Positions 53,432-63,326 of a stretch of DNA of 64,000 nucleotides are shown here, one piece after another. Positions within the stretch are counted from its first letter, which is position 1. Each line of letters begins with the position of its first letter. Both the position numbers and the translations under genes were made by a program. The stretch is from contig JARLGK010000046.1 of NCBI GenBank assembly GCA_031296075.1, positions 13,274 through 77,273 on the forward strand, read 5' to 3'. Source of the DNA: Candidatus Acidiferrales bacterium. GTDB taxonomy: Bacteria > Acidobacteriota > Terriglobia > Acidiferrales > UBA7541. Under the pieces are notes generated by a model. The model made no database searches. It worked only from the letters and a program-made list of their open reading frames with translations, and was not told the DNA's origin.

Positions 53432-54352
53432 TCAATCCTGCGGCGCAGGTGGCGGCGGAGGCGGCGGTGGTTGTCCCGCTCCGTGCCGGAAGTGTCTACG
53501 CCCGCCCGGCCCGCCCTGTTTCACGGTGTAGTCGGACGGCACCTGGAAGAGCGTCGCGTCGGGCTCCCTCTTCTGGATATTCGTCAGCTGGAACGTGGTC
53601 TCACCCATGCGTGGGTCGCTGCGCTTAGTCATGACGATGATTTGCAGCTCGGACGAATACCAACGCTCGTTGGTGATTACGATGGGATTGGCATTGCCGA
53701 TCGCGCCCGCTGGAATCGTGCGCGTGACGCGCGTGCCCTCGGCTTGGACGCCGTTAATCGTTTGCGTGCCCAGCGAAGTCGTGGTCAGGTTGCTCTGGGT
53801 GTTCGCAGTTCCGGCTCCGGCGGGCGGCCCGGCCGGCCTCGTCCAGTTGCCGTGCTTGCCGCCGTGCGGGCGCTGCATCTTTCGCGCGATCTTTCGATCC
53901 GGCTGAAGGATGTACTGGGCACCAGCGACGCTGTCGTTGATGAAAACCACGTGTGGAGCAGCCTGCCCCGATGTTCCCCAGGCGCCGATCGCCGGCAAAG
54001 TCATGTCGCGGCGCGTGCGGCCCTGGCCATCGCGGGCGACCGTGCCACTGGCGGTGCGCTCGATGCGATTGCCATCTGCGAGGACTTGCGTAGTCTGCGT
54101 GGTGACCGTAGCGCTGAACGGCGCGGCGGTTACTGTCTTGGCGCCAAGGTCTCCTTCGAAGCTGACGAAGACGAAACTGTCATCCGGCGGCATCGGACCC
54201 GATCCGTTCCGCTGATAATAAAAAACGTTCTGGCCCGGCCCCGGCGGCGGAAGCTGCACCTCGGTTTGCGCCAGCGCGCTCCCTGGAGCCATCATCAATC
54301 CCAATAGCAGCATCGCAAGTCCAAACACGCTGGATACCCGTACGCGCTTCAT
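53432..54352 (-). CDS. Secreted hypothetical protein downstream of anti-sigma factor, poly-Pro C-terminus
   Basis: ATG at 54352 lies 5 nt after GGGAGG. Signal MKRVRVSSVFGLAMLLLGLMMAPGSALAQ. Ends GAGQPPPPPPPPAPQD. Confidence 0.7.
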   Translation of the reverse strand: MKRVRVSSVFGLAMLLLGLMMAPGSALAQTEVQLPPPGPGQNVFYYQRNGSGPMPPDDSFVFVSFEGDLGAKTVTAAPFSATVTTQTTQVLADGNRIERTASGTVARDGQGRTRRDMTLPAIGAWGTSGQAAPHVVFINDSVAGAQYILQPDRKIARKMQRPHGGKHGNWTRPAGPPAGAGTANTQSNLTTTSLGTQTINGVQAEGTRVTRTIPAGAIGNANPIVITNERWYSSELQIIVMTKRSDPRMGETTFQLTNIQKREPDATLFQVPSDYTVKQGGPGGRRHFRHGAGQPPPPPPPPAPQD

Positions 54353-54387
54353 TGGTTCCTCCCTGCCAAGCACAGAATCTCTTCCGA

Positions 54388-55134
54388 TCAAAACGACCGA
54401 CTCGAGTTGTCCTGCGAAACGAGGCGGATGGCCTGCGGCGTTCCATCCGCGCTCACGATCAGGTCCGCGCGCACCGTGCCATCGCTTTCCATCGCCGCCA
54501 CGGGCAATCCAAACGATGCAAGCGCCGCGCGGGGCATCTCCACGCGTACGACGGCGCCATCATCCAGCGCAGAAGGATCGTCGGCGTACGGCAGCGGAAC
54601 GAAGGTCGTCGCGTAGGCGGAATCTTCCGACTGGCTGGCCAATATCTGGTTTTGCTGCAGCGATTCCGCGGCAGCCGTGACTGGCGAAGCCTCAGGAACC
54701 ACCGTCGGCGACGCCACAGGCGGAGCCGATATTTTCTCAGTGACGTTCGTTACCGGCGCCACGCCCGGGCCGGACGTGGTCCGACGGTACAGCGAGAAAC
54801 CCAACGCCAGCAGGATTGCCGCCGCCGCGCTCAGCGCCACGATTTGGCGCTGCACCCTGCGGCGGGATGACGCGGCCCTCTGCCGCCGAAATTTCTCGAT
54901 CAGGGCAGTTCCCACGCGAGGAGGCGCTTGCTGCTCGCGATTGCTTGCGGCGAGCGCGCGCAATGCGGCATCGAGCGATTCCGCGCCGGTCATCAGCGGC
55001 GCACAGTGGCTGCACGACTCCGCATGCGCAAGCGCGTCTTCACGAAAGGCGAATCCTTCGGTTCCGGGGCGCTCCAGATCGTGAACGATTTTCTCGAATC
55101 GAACGCAGTCCATGAACTTTACCTCGTCGTTCAT
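54388..55134 (-). CDS. Anti-sigma factor (zf-HC2 type) with single TM
   Basis: HAESCSHC (H-x3-C-x2-C). TM IVALSAAAAILLALGFSLY. ATG at 55134 overlaps the sigma-factor TGA (ATGA). Confidence 0.78.
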   Translation of the reverse strand: MNDEVKFMDCVRFEKIVHDLERPGTEGFAFREDALAHAESCSHCAPLMTGAESLDAALRALAASNREQQAPPRVGTALIEKFRRQRAASSRRRVQRQIVALSAAAAILLALGFSLYRRTTSGPGVAPVTNVTEKISAPPVASPTVVPEASPVTAAAESLQQNQILASQSEDSAYATTFVPLPYADDPSALDDGAVVRVEMPRAALASFGLPVAAMESDGTVRADLIVSADGTPQAIRLVSQDNSSRSF

Positions 55135-55796
55135 TCGCTCACCGCCGAAGCGCGGCCCACCGAATGGGCTTCGCGAAGTTTTTCGACCAGCATCGCCCGC
55201 GCGCGATGTAACCGGGACCGGACGGTCCCAACGGGGCATCGCAACGCGGACGCCGCTTCCTCGTAACTCAACTCTTCGAGTTCGCAGAGGACCACGACCT
55301 CGCGGTAGTTCTCAGGCAATGTCGCCACCGCCCGGCGCACCCGTCCGATGGTCTCGACGGACGTAAATTCGTCCCAGCTTGTAGCGGTTGCGAAACTGCC
55401 GTGACCGTTTCCATTGCCATGAGCGCCGTTTCCACTGGCTCCCCGCTGGAAGCTTCCCACGACCGATGCGTTCTCGCGCAGGTCGTCCGGATCGCCGTCG
55501 AAAGCCACCAGCCGCCGGTCCTGCTCCCAGCGCTTCCGCAGGTGGTTGCGCGCGACGCCGAATAGAAACCCGCCCAGCGTTCCGCGCGCGGGATCGAATC
55601 GCTTGGGGTCGCGAATCAGAACCATGAAAACCTCTTGGGTCACGTCTTCCGCCATCGCTGGATTCCCGCTCATGTGCAAAGCGAAGCGGTAGATCGCGGG
55701 GTGCTTCTGCCGATAGACTTCGGCAAAGGCATCTTCGTCTCCGCGCGCCATCCGCCGCAGCAGAAGGGCGTCCGCAAGATCGGTCGTCTGAGTCAT
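55131..55796 (-). CDS. ECF-type RNA polymerase sigma-70 family factor
   Basis: Region 2 DAFAEVYRQKHPAIYRFALHMSGNPAMAEDVTQEVFMVLI. Region 4 LPENYREVVVLCELEELSYEEAASALRCPVGTVRSRLHRAR. Gly/Asn/His-rich linker between them. Confidence 0.88.
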   Translation of the reverse strand: MTQTTDLADALLLRRMARGDEDAFAEVYRQKHPAIYRFALHMSGNPAMAEDVTQEVFMVLIRDPKRFDPARGTLGGFLFGVARNHLRKRWEQDRRLVAFDGDPDDLRENASVVGSFQRGASGNGAHGNGNGHGSFATATSWDEFTSVETIGRVRRAVATLPENYREVVVLCELEELSYEEAASALRCPVGTVRSRLHRARAMLVEKLREAHSVGRASAVSE

Positions 55797-56050
55797 CTCT
55801 CGTATTATGGACGGCCCGTTCTGCTATTCGTTACATATTCCGGGACGCGAGCGAAAAGGTTCCCAATTTCTACAGTTGATGCCGAATGCACCCACTGGCC
55901 GGCACCAATCTGAGCAGCGGGCGAGCCAAATCCGGGTTCTTGACCAATGCGCTGCGGTCCAATAACGTAGGGACCGCCAAATCCCCGACAGGAATGCCTG
56001 CGCCGCCGCGAACGGCCCGGCATGCCACTCGGCCGCATCCAGGAGGCGCA

Positions 56051-58003
56051 ATGCTGGAGTTTGATCCGCACGTTCTCGACGAGAAGCCTGTTCCGCCGCC
56101 GGAAGAATTCAGCAAGCGCGCGCACGTGCGATCGCTCGATGAGTACCGCAAGATGTACGAGCGGGCCGAGCGCGATCCCGAAGGTTTCTGGGGTGAGCAG
56201 GCGAAACTGCTCGATTGGTTCCAAGCTCCGACGAAGGTGCTGGAGTGGGATTCCCCGCACGCGAAATGGTTCTCCGATGGGAAGCTCAACGTGGCCCACA
56301 ACTGCCTCGACCGGCATCTCGAAAAGAATCACAACAAGCCCGCGCTGATCTGGGAGGGCGAAGACGGGGCGACTCTCCAATTCACCTACGCCGAGCTTCA
56401 CGAGCGCGTTTGCCGGTTCGCGAACGCGCTTCTATCGATCGGTGTCAAACCGGGTGAATGCGTGACCGTCTATCTCCCGATGGTCCCGGAGCTCCCCATC
56501 GCCATGCTCGCCTGCGCGCGGATCGGCGCGCTGCATTCCGTGATCTTCGGCGGATTCAGCGCCACGGCGCTGGTGGACCGGATCGCCGACTCGCAATCGA
56601 AAGTGCTGATCACCGCCGACGGTGGCTACCGGCGCGGCAAAATCGTTCCGCTGAAGGACACGGCCGATGCGGCGCTGAAAAATTGCCCCACAATCGCAAA
56701 GTCCATCGTGGTCAAGCGCACCGGACATGATGTGGATTGGCACGACGGGCGCGATCGCTGGTGGCACGAAATTGAGAAGGCGGCGTCGAAGGATTGCCCG
56801 GCTGAGCCGTTCGATTCCGAGCACCCGCTCTACGTCCTCTATACCAGTGGCACGACCGGCAAACCCAAAGGCGTCCTGCACACTTCCGCCGGTTACCTGC
56901 TGCAAACCACGTGGACCACTCGGCTGGTCTTCGATCTCAGGGACGACGACGTATACTGGTGCACCGCCGACATCGGCTGGGTTACCGGGCACAGTTATAT
57001 CGTTTATGGCCCACTCTCAAATGGCGCGACGATCGTGATGTACGAAGGCGCACCGGACCAGCCGACGAAAGACCGCTTCTGGGAGATCGTCGAGCGCTAC
57101 AAGGTGACGATCTTCTACAGCTCCGCCACGGCCGTTCGCGCATTCATGTCCTGGGGCATGGAGTGGATCGACAAGCACGACATCAGCAGCCTGCGGCTTC
57201 TCGGCACGGTCGGCGAACCCATCAATCCCGCGGCCTGGAAATGGTATTTCGAAGCGATCGGGAAGAATCGCTGTCCGATCGTGGATACATGGTGGCAGAC
57301 GGAAACCGGCGCGATAATGATTTCTCCGCTCCCGGGCGCTACGCCCACCAAGCCCGGCTCCGCCACGCTGCCACTCCCCGGCATCATTGCGCGCGTGGTC
57401 AACATGAAGAACGAGCCGGTGCCTCCCGGCGAGACCGGCTACCTGACGATCCAAAAGCCTTGGCCCTCGATGCTGCGAACGATTTACGGCGACGACGAGC
57501 GTTATGCCCGCGAATACTGGCAGAAAATTCCCGGCGTCTATTTCGCGGGCGATGCGGCGCAGTGCGACAAGGACGGCTACATTTGGGTGCTGGGGCGCGT
57601 GGACGACGTCATTAAGGTCGCCGGCCACCGCCTGAGCTCCATGGAAATCGAAAGCGCGCTGGTGAGCCACCCGACGGTGGCAGAAGCGGCAGTCGTCGCG
57701 CGTCCGGATGAGATCAAGGGCGAAGTGATCGTCTGCTTCGTCACCCTGCGTTCGGGCCATTCTCCTTCGATCGAACTGCGCGGCCTCTTGATGGAGCACG
57801 TCTCGACAACCATTGGCACGATCGCGCGCCCCGCCGATGTGCGCTTCTGCGATATCCTGCCCAAGACGCGCAGCGGAAAAATCATGCGGCGCTTGCTGCG
57901 CGAACTCGCTCACAAGGGCGGCATCTCCGGCGACACGACCACGCTCGAAGATATGGGCGTGATCGAGCGCATCGCCAAAACACAGGGCAAGGAAGAGGAA
58001 TAG
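56051..58003 (+). CDS. acs: Acetyl-CoA synthetase (AMP-forming)
   Basis: ATG at 56051 immediately follows [51 protein letters not shown], ..[15 protein letters not shown].. are canonical Acs blocks. Confidence 0.95.
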   Translation: MLEFDPHVLDEKPVPPPEEFSKRAHVRSLDEYRKMYERAERDPEGFWGEQAKLLDWFQAPTKVLEWDSPHAKWFSDGKLNVAHNCLDRHLEKNHNKPALIWEGEDGATLQFTYAELHERVCRFANALLSIGVKPGECVTVYLPMVPELPIAMLACARIGALHSVIFGGFSATALVDRIADSQSKVLITADGGYRRGKIVPLKDTADAALKNCPTIAKSIVVKRTGHDVDWHDGRDRWWHEIEKAASKDCPAEPFDSEHPLYVLYTSGTTGKPKGVLHTSAGYLLQTTWTTRLVFDLRDDDVYWCTADIGWVTGHSYIVYGPLSNGATIVMYEGAPDQPTKDRFWEIVERYKVTIFYSSATAVRAFMSWGMEWIDKHDISSLRLLGTVGEPINPAAWKWYFEAIGKNRCPIVDTWWQTETGAIMISPLPGATPTKPGSATLPLPGIIARVVNMKNEPVPPGETGYLTIQKPWPSMLRTIYGDDERYAREYWQKIPGVYFAGDAAQCDKDGYIWVLGRVDDVIKVAGHRLSSMEIESALVSHPTVAEAAVVARPDEIKGEVIVCFVTLRSGHSPSIELRGLLMEHVSTTIGTIARPADVRFCDILPKTRSGKIMRRLLRELAHKGGISGDTTTLEDMGVIERIAKTQGKEEE

Positions 58004-58057
58004 CACCTCGCCGCTGCATTCAGGCAATATACCTCACGAAGTTGGGAGACCTAACCG

Positions 58058-59995
58058 ATGCACTTTGCGTGGATGAAAGTCTTGGCCGTTGCAGCACTGC
58101 TCGCGGCAATTCCGGCACAGCGAACGAACGCGCAATCTGGCGCCGACTGGCCGATGTATGGACACGATCTGGCCTCCACGCGCTTCTCGCCCCTTTCGCA
58201 GATCAACGCGGACAACGTCGCGAAGCTGGCTGTCGCGTGGTCCTATCCCATGCGGCCGGGCGGCGCGGGTCCTGCTGGCGGCGCGTTCAGCCAGGTGACG
58301 CCGATCGTCGTGAACGGCGTGATGTATTTGCCCGCGGGAAACCGCGTGGTCGCGCTCGAACCCGAGACGGGCAAGGAAATATGGAGCTACCGGCGGCCGA
58401 TGGGCCTGGTCTCCGCGCGCGGGGTGGCCTATTGGCCCGGCGACCGAAAAAATCCCTCCCGCATATTCTTCACCAGCGGGCACCAAATGGTGGCCCTCAA
58501 CGCCAGGACCGGACAACCGGACCCCGGCTTCGGCAAGGACGGCGAGATCACCATGGACGTCCCGTTCGCTGAGGTTCCGACGATCTACAAGAATGTCGTC
58601 ATCGTCGGAGCGAACGTCTATGGCCCGGGCGAAACCAATCTTCACCCGCAGGACGAGGTGGCTGCCGGAGTTCCCGGCGACTCGCGTGCGTATGACGCCC
58701 GCACCGGAACAAAGCTCTGGGATTTTCACGCCATCGCCCAACCCGGAGAAAAAGGCCACGACACGTGGGGCGGCGACAGCTGGAAGGGACGCGGCGGCAC
58801 CAACGTCTGGTCGATGACCGTGACCGTGGATGAAAAGCGCGGCATCGTTTACATGCCGTTCGGAGGGCCGGCCGCGAACTATTACGGAGGCGATCGCCCC
58901 GGCGACAACCTTTTCTCCAACACGCTGGTGGCCGCTGACGCGAATACGGGCAAACTGAAATGGTATTTCCAGAGCGTTCACCACGAATTGTGGGATTTCG
59001 ATTTGCCGCCCGAGCCTGTGTTGATGGACGTGATGCACGACGGCAAGAAAGTTCCCGCGCTGGTGCAGACGGGGAAGATCGGCTACGTGTTTGTGTTCGA
59101 TCGCGTGACCGGCAAGCCTGTGTTCCCAATCGAAGAGCGCCCCGTGCCGAAAGGCGATACGCCCGGCGAGCAATATTCGCCCACGCAGCCGTTTCCGGTG
59201 AAGCCACCGCCCGTGGCTCGTGTCACGATCAGCCGCGACGATATTGTCACGGCGGAAGACACCACACCCGAGCACGCCAAGGCCTGCCAGGAATTATGGG
59301 ACAAGAGCAACTTCTACAACGCGGGTCCCTACACACCGTGGGCCGTTCACAATTCGCCGGCGGACACGAAGCTGACGTTGATCTTCCCGGGCGCCACCGG
59401 CGGCGCGAATTGGGGCGGCGCGGCGTCCGATCCTCACATGGGATATCTGTTCGTCAACATGCAGAACGCCGGCTCGACCGGATACCTCGAGAAGAATCCG
59501 AAATACAATGCCGAAACCAAGGGCACTGAAGTTGAATACCACCGCGGCACCGGCGCCGGAAGCCAGTACGGCGGGTTCAGCGCGCCCGCGAAAGACGCGA
59601 CCGGCAAGGTGATCGGCAACTGGCCATGCCAGAAGCCGCCGTGGGAAAGCCTGTCCGCCGTCAACATCAACACGGGCGAGATCACCTGGACGGTGCCGCT
59701 GGGCATCACTGAAGAACTTCCCGAAGCGAAGCAGCATACCGGCCGATCCGGCGCTTTTGCTGGGCCGATCGCGACCGCGGGCGGTCTCGTTTTCATTGGC
59801 GCGACAAACGACAACCGTTTCCGCGCCTTCGATTCGAAGACCGGCAAGGAGCTGTGGTCCACCAAGCTCGAGTACACCGCGACTGCCGTACCAATCACGT
59901 ATCAGGGCAAGAACGGCAAGCAGTATGTCGCCATCATGGCCGCGAGCGGAGGTAAGGGCAGCGACCAAGCCCTAATGGTGTACGCCCTGCCGTAG
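58058..59995 (+). CDS. PQQ-dependent dehydrogenase (eight-bladed beta-propeller quinoprotein), secreted
   Basis: Signal MKVLAVAALLAAIPAQRTNAQ. ADWPMYGHDLASTRFSPLSQIN..LAVAWSY N-terminus typical of quinoproteins. Recurrent A.D..TG...W propeller motifs. I saw no vicinal Cys-Cys pair, so it is not a classical methanol/ethanol type. Confidence 0.82.
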   Translation: MHFAWMKVLAVAALLAAIPAQRTNAQSGADWPMYGHDLASTRFSPLSQINADNVAKLAVAWSYPMRPGGAGPAGGAFSQVTPIVVNGVMYLPAGNRVVALEPETGKEIWSYRRPMGLVSARGVAYWPGDRKNPSRIFFTSGHQMVALNARTGQPDPGFGKDGEITMDVPFAEVPTIYKNVVIVGANVYGPGETNLHPQDEVAAGVPGDSRAYDARTGTKLWDFHAIAQPGEKGHDTWGGDSWKGRGGTNVWSMTVTVDEKRGIVYMPFGGPAANYYGGDRPGDNLFSNTLVAADANTGKLKWYFQSVHHELWDFDLPPEPVLMDVMHDGKKVPALVQTGKIGYVFVFDRVTGKPVFPIEERPVPKGDTPGEQYSPTQPFPVKPPPVARVTISRDDIVTAEDTTPEHAKACQELWDKSNFYNAGPYTPWAVHNSPADTKLTLIFPGATGGANWGGAASDPHMGYLFVNMQNAGSTGYLEKNPKYNAETKGTEVEYHRGTGAGSQYGGFSAPAKDATGKVIGNWPCQKPPWESLSAVNINTGEITWTVPLGITEELPEAKQHTGRSGAFAGPIATAGGLVFIGATNDNRFRAFDSKTGKELWSTKLEYTATAVPITYQGKNGKQYVAIMAASGGKGSDQALMVYALP

Positions 59996-60110
59996 GCCCG
60001 CCGGCCGCCCCGATACCATTCGGGTACATCCGCGTTCCCCGTCTAATGGGCGAGCCCGAACAGCCGATGCGCTCTCTAGGGAGTCGAGGCGCCTGTGGTG
60101 TCGTGTCCCC

Positions 60111-60767
60111 TTGGTGTCAGCAGACGAAGACTCGAGGGGGGCTGTGCAGGGCAACAAGAACCGCCGGAGTCGTCATTCTCACGGAATCGAATCCCAGTTA
60201 CATCCGAAGGCATTCGTGTTCTTTGATCGCACGACCGGCACAAAGCGGTTCGAGATCAAGGCTGGCGCGGACGGAAGCCTGCCGGTCGAGGAAACGATCA
60301 GCCTGCTGGCGATGCAGTGCGTGGTGCGTGGGCAAACCCCGACGGACTTTCGCATCATGGTATCGATTGGCAATAGTCTAATGGATGGCCTGGCGCCGCG
60401 AACGAAAAGGTTGATCCGGGTTTGCATGGCCACCGTGCTGCCTATGAATGTCAGCAAACGCCAGCAAGAAGTTCTGGGAGGAGTGCTTCAACAGCTTTCC
60501 AACAAGGAAATCGCCGCAAAGTTGAACCTCGCCGAGCGCACCGTGAAATTCCACATCTCCGCCCTCCTGCAAAAGTTCCATGTCACGGGCCGTATGAGAC
60601 TGATGCAAAAGGCGGCTGATATCATGACGTCGGCCGATCGGTCGCCTGGCGAGAAAATTCTTCCGGAAATTCCCGCGATCGTTCCGGTTCGGGCAATCCC
60701 GCATCTCACCGCCCTGCTCGCGAAATTCGCTCCTCTCGTCGCCTCGGAACGAAGGGCTGGCCGCTGA
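60111..60767 (+). CDS. LuxR-family HTH transcriptional regulator with uncharacterised N-terminal domain
   Basis: C-terminal VSKRQQEVLGGVLQQLSNKEIAAKLNLAERTVKFHISALLQKF (GerE/LuxR HTH). Start uncertain (TTG at 60111, with several internal Met). Confidence 0.6.
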   Translation: MVSADEDSRGAVQGNKNRRSRHSHGIESQLHPKAFVFFDRTTGTKRFEIKAGADGSLPVEETISLLAMQCVVRGQTPTDFRIMVSIGNSLMDGLAPRTKRLIRVCMATVLPMNVSKRQQEVLGGVLQQLSNKEIAAKLNLAERTVKFHISALLQKFHVTGRMRLMQKAADIMTSADRSPGEKILPEIPAIVPVRAIPHLTALLAKFAPLVASERRAGR

Positions 60768-60817
60768 CTACGCCCTTCGACTTGTCTTGCAGCTATCACA
60801 GCCCCAGATCACGAGAT

Positions 60818-61534
60818 CTAAGGCACGCCCGCGTGCAGCTCGCGTTGACCGTCCTGAAGAATCAGCGGCAGCAAGAAGTCCTGCAATCGCCCGCTTTCCG
60901 CCATCGTCAATTGGTTCAGTTGAATGCCCATTTGATTCGCACCAAGGACTCGCGCCACGGACCCTAAACCCACGATGGGCTTCATATCGGGGGCAAGGTG
61001 CAAGTTCACCCGGACGGTGGTGCCAGCGGGCACGCTACCAGGACCTGCGACCAACATCCCGTTCAAGCTGATGTCAACCGTTTCGCCTTCCCATTCCTGA
61101 TGTTCAAATCCGAGCTGCACCCTGGAACGGAGTCCCACGCGGCGGAACCTCCGCTTCTCCTGTTCGATGGCTCCCTGAGTGGCTCCAATCAGGTGCAGCA
61201 GGCGTGACTTGTCGATCGGCTTATAAAGAAAGAAACTGGCGCCCGCCGAAAATCCTTCGGAAACAGCCGAGAGATTCTGGTCGTCGCTGACCAGTATGAT
61301 GGGCGTCATTTGGTTGATACCGGGTCCCCGCGATATTCGCGTCAGCTCCGCCCCGTCGGGCGAAGGCATCCGCAGGTCGAACAAAGCGACGGCAAACTTT
61401 TCCCGCTCCAGATATGCCACGGCTTCCGCGCTATTGGTTAAGGTCAAAACTTCCACGCCAGTCGCGCCGAGAACCCCACGGATAAATTCGCACACCGACG
61501 CGTCATCGTCCACAACCAGGGCGCGCCTCTGCAT
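60818..61534 (-). CDS. Response-regulator receiver domain fused to PilZ (c-di-GMP-binding) domain
   Basis: REC: ALVVDDDASVCEFI..AVALFDLRMPSPDG..PIILVSD. PilZ: RRFRR (RxxxR) and DISLNG (D/NxSxxG) motifs. Confidence 0.8.
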   Translation of the reverse strand: MQRRALVVDDDASVCEFIRGVLGATGVEVLTLTNSAEAVAYLEREKFAVALFDLRMPSPDGAELTRISRGPGINQMTPIILVSDDQNLSAVSEGFSAGASFFLYKPIDKSRLLHLIGATQGAIEQEKRRFRRVGLRSRVQLGFEHQEWEGETVDISLNGMLVAGPGSVPAGTTVRVNLHLAPDMKPIVGLGSVARVLGANQMGIQLNQLTMAESGRLQDFLLPLILQDGQRELHAGVP

Positions 61535-61874
61535 AGAGTCCTCCGGATGCCTACGCAGAGCTTATCGGCCCGTAAGGCTGGTTGCTGTAGTCCGGGCAGA
61601 GGATTTCAAGTGCGGTTTTGTAGAGGCAAGGCATGATTGCCGCGCCGATTTCTGGTGGGCTGTGCCCGATGTAGATGCCCGGCGAATGCGATGCGATCTG
61701 TTCGGCCGTGCGCATAGTTCCCGTCGGACGCGCGCGTGAGTCCTGGCCTGCCGGAAACTTAGGCTAAAATGCAGGCGAGTCAACGAAGTGCGAATCAGCG
61801 ATCGGGGCATAATTCTCTGTCGGTGCCTGCGAATTAGCCGGGTGCAGTCGTCGGAGAGAGATTCGCGCCACGTG

Positions 61875-62183
61875 TCAGCTGCTTGCAGTTCGGGACTGGC
61901 CGCTCGGCTTGCGCCCGTGACCAGGGATCAGCCGGGACAGAGAAACCCGGGTACGAGGTGCGCCTTCAAAATCGAGAATGTCGGCCGCGCCGTAAGGCTT
62001 TTCCCTCTCGCAGGCCCTGCATCGAAGGCTGAAGACCCGTGTGGGATGTTCCTGGTCCGCCCCTTCTTCGTTCTCCTGCAGGGTCGAATCCATTTTGAGC
62101 AGAATGGCCGGCAGCGGAATAGGTTGGCGGCAAGACAGGCAGCGGACACCACGGTATGATTGCTTGGTCGCTTCTTCGATCAT
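61875..62183 (-). CDS. Small hypothetical zinc-ribbon-like protein
   Basis: 102 aa with two CxxC pairs (CLSCRQP.. and CRACERE). No family recognised. Confidence 0.45.
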   Translation of the reverse strand: MIEEATKQSYRGVRCLSCRQPIPLPAILLKMDSTLQENEEGADQEHPTRVFSLRCRACEREKPYGAADILDFEGAPRTRVSLSRLIPGHGRKPSGQSRTASS

Positions 62184-62504
62184 TTCAGACGTCTCCTCAG
62201 GGGTAAGGTTCGCCTATCGCAGGGAACCGGATAATACACCCGGTGCCCGCATCAGTCCACACCAACTCCCGCTTGCAGAAATTCCCGGTTCGTGACAGCT
62301 TCATACTCGCATGATGATGATTCGCGACGCCGGTTTCGGAAGCCTCGCGGCGAACTTCAGGCTCGCCGCAAGAAGCCTCCAATCTGCGGTCAAATCGTGC
62401 ATCTTTACTCGACACTACCGGACGAGCAAAAATCCTCGTAACTCTCTCAAAACAAACGGCCGGGAGCAATTTTACTCGACACGGATTCGGGGGGCCGAGG
62501 AGCC

Positions 62505-63302
62505 ATGACGGACACCTCCCGCCGCAATTTTTTGAAGATTGCGTCCGCTGGAATTGCCGGCGCAACCATGAGCATTTCAGCCGGTGCGGCGAGCGATCCG
62601 ATCCTCGGCTTGATCTTTCCGCCCGCGAACGCCCCGGTTCCGCCGGAGGCGAACCTGATGTATCCGTCTGGCGTTCGATTCCTGGCGACTGGCGTGGGCC
62701 TGGAGCGAATGACACCGGAGGGTTACGACCAAGTGGTCGGGCGCATCGTGCCGGCGGCGCAAAGGCTTGCCGCCGAAGGAGCCAACGCCATCGCGGTGAT
62801 GGGGACATCCCTGACGTTCTATAAGGGTTCCGCGTTCAATCAACAATTGAAGGAAAGCATCGCCAAGGCGACCGGGCTCCCCTCGACCACCATGAGCACA
62901 GCGATCGTCGAAGGCCTAAAAGCCGTGGGTGGACGCCGCCTGGCGGTCGCGACCGCCTACAACGAAGAGGTGAGCCAGCGGCTGGGGGCGTTTCTCGAGG
63001 AGTCGGGATTTGAAGTGCTGGTGGTAAAGGGCATGGGAATCGAGAGATTCGCGGACAGGCCGCCCGTGACTTCGGAAGAGCTGCTGAATTCCAGCGCCGG
63101 GGTTTGGCAGGCCGCGCCGAAGGCCGACGCTGTGCTGATTTCGTGCGGCGCGCTGAAAACGCTCGAACTTCTTGCGCCTCTCGAGCAGCGGTGCAACGTG
63201 CCGGTCGTTTCCAGTCTACCGCACGCGCTGTGGGCTGGCGTTCGCTTGCTTGGCCTCAGCGGCCGCGCGCCGGGCTACGGTACGCTGCTCTCACGGGGAT
63301 AA
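62505..63302 (+). CDS. Asp/Glu-racemase-superfamily protein (maleate isomerase / arylmalonate decarboxylase family) with twin-arginine signal
   Basis: Tat motif SRRNFLKIASAGIAGATMSISAGAA. ..NAIAVMGTSLTF.., ..RRLAVATAYNEEV.., ..AVLISCGALKTLE.. and ..PVVSS.. fit the family layout. Only the second catalytic Cys position is a Cys. Confidence 0.7.
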   Translation: MTDTSRRNFLKIASAGIAGATMSISAGAASDPILGLIFPPANAPVPPEANLMYPSGVRFLATGVGLERMTPEGYDQVVGRIVPAAQRLAAEGANAIAVMGTSLTFYKGSAFNQQLKESIAKATGLPSTTMSTAIVEGLKAVGGRRLAVATAYNEEVSQRLGAFLEESGFEVLVVKGMGIERFADRPPVTSEELLNSSAGVWQAAPKADAVLISCGALKTLELLAPLEQRCNVPVVSSLPHALWAGVRLLGLSGRAPGYGTLLSRG

Positions 63303-63326
63303 CGCAATGAACACCCGGGGAGGGCT

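Noticed and set aside
61535-61874. RNase P-like or other structured RNA, suggested by GTAGTCCGGGCAGAGG resembling the AGUCCGGG core.
   Set aside because: Only this short similarity exists. The surrounding sequence lacks the other universally conserved RNase P regions and is too short.
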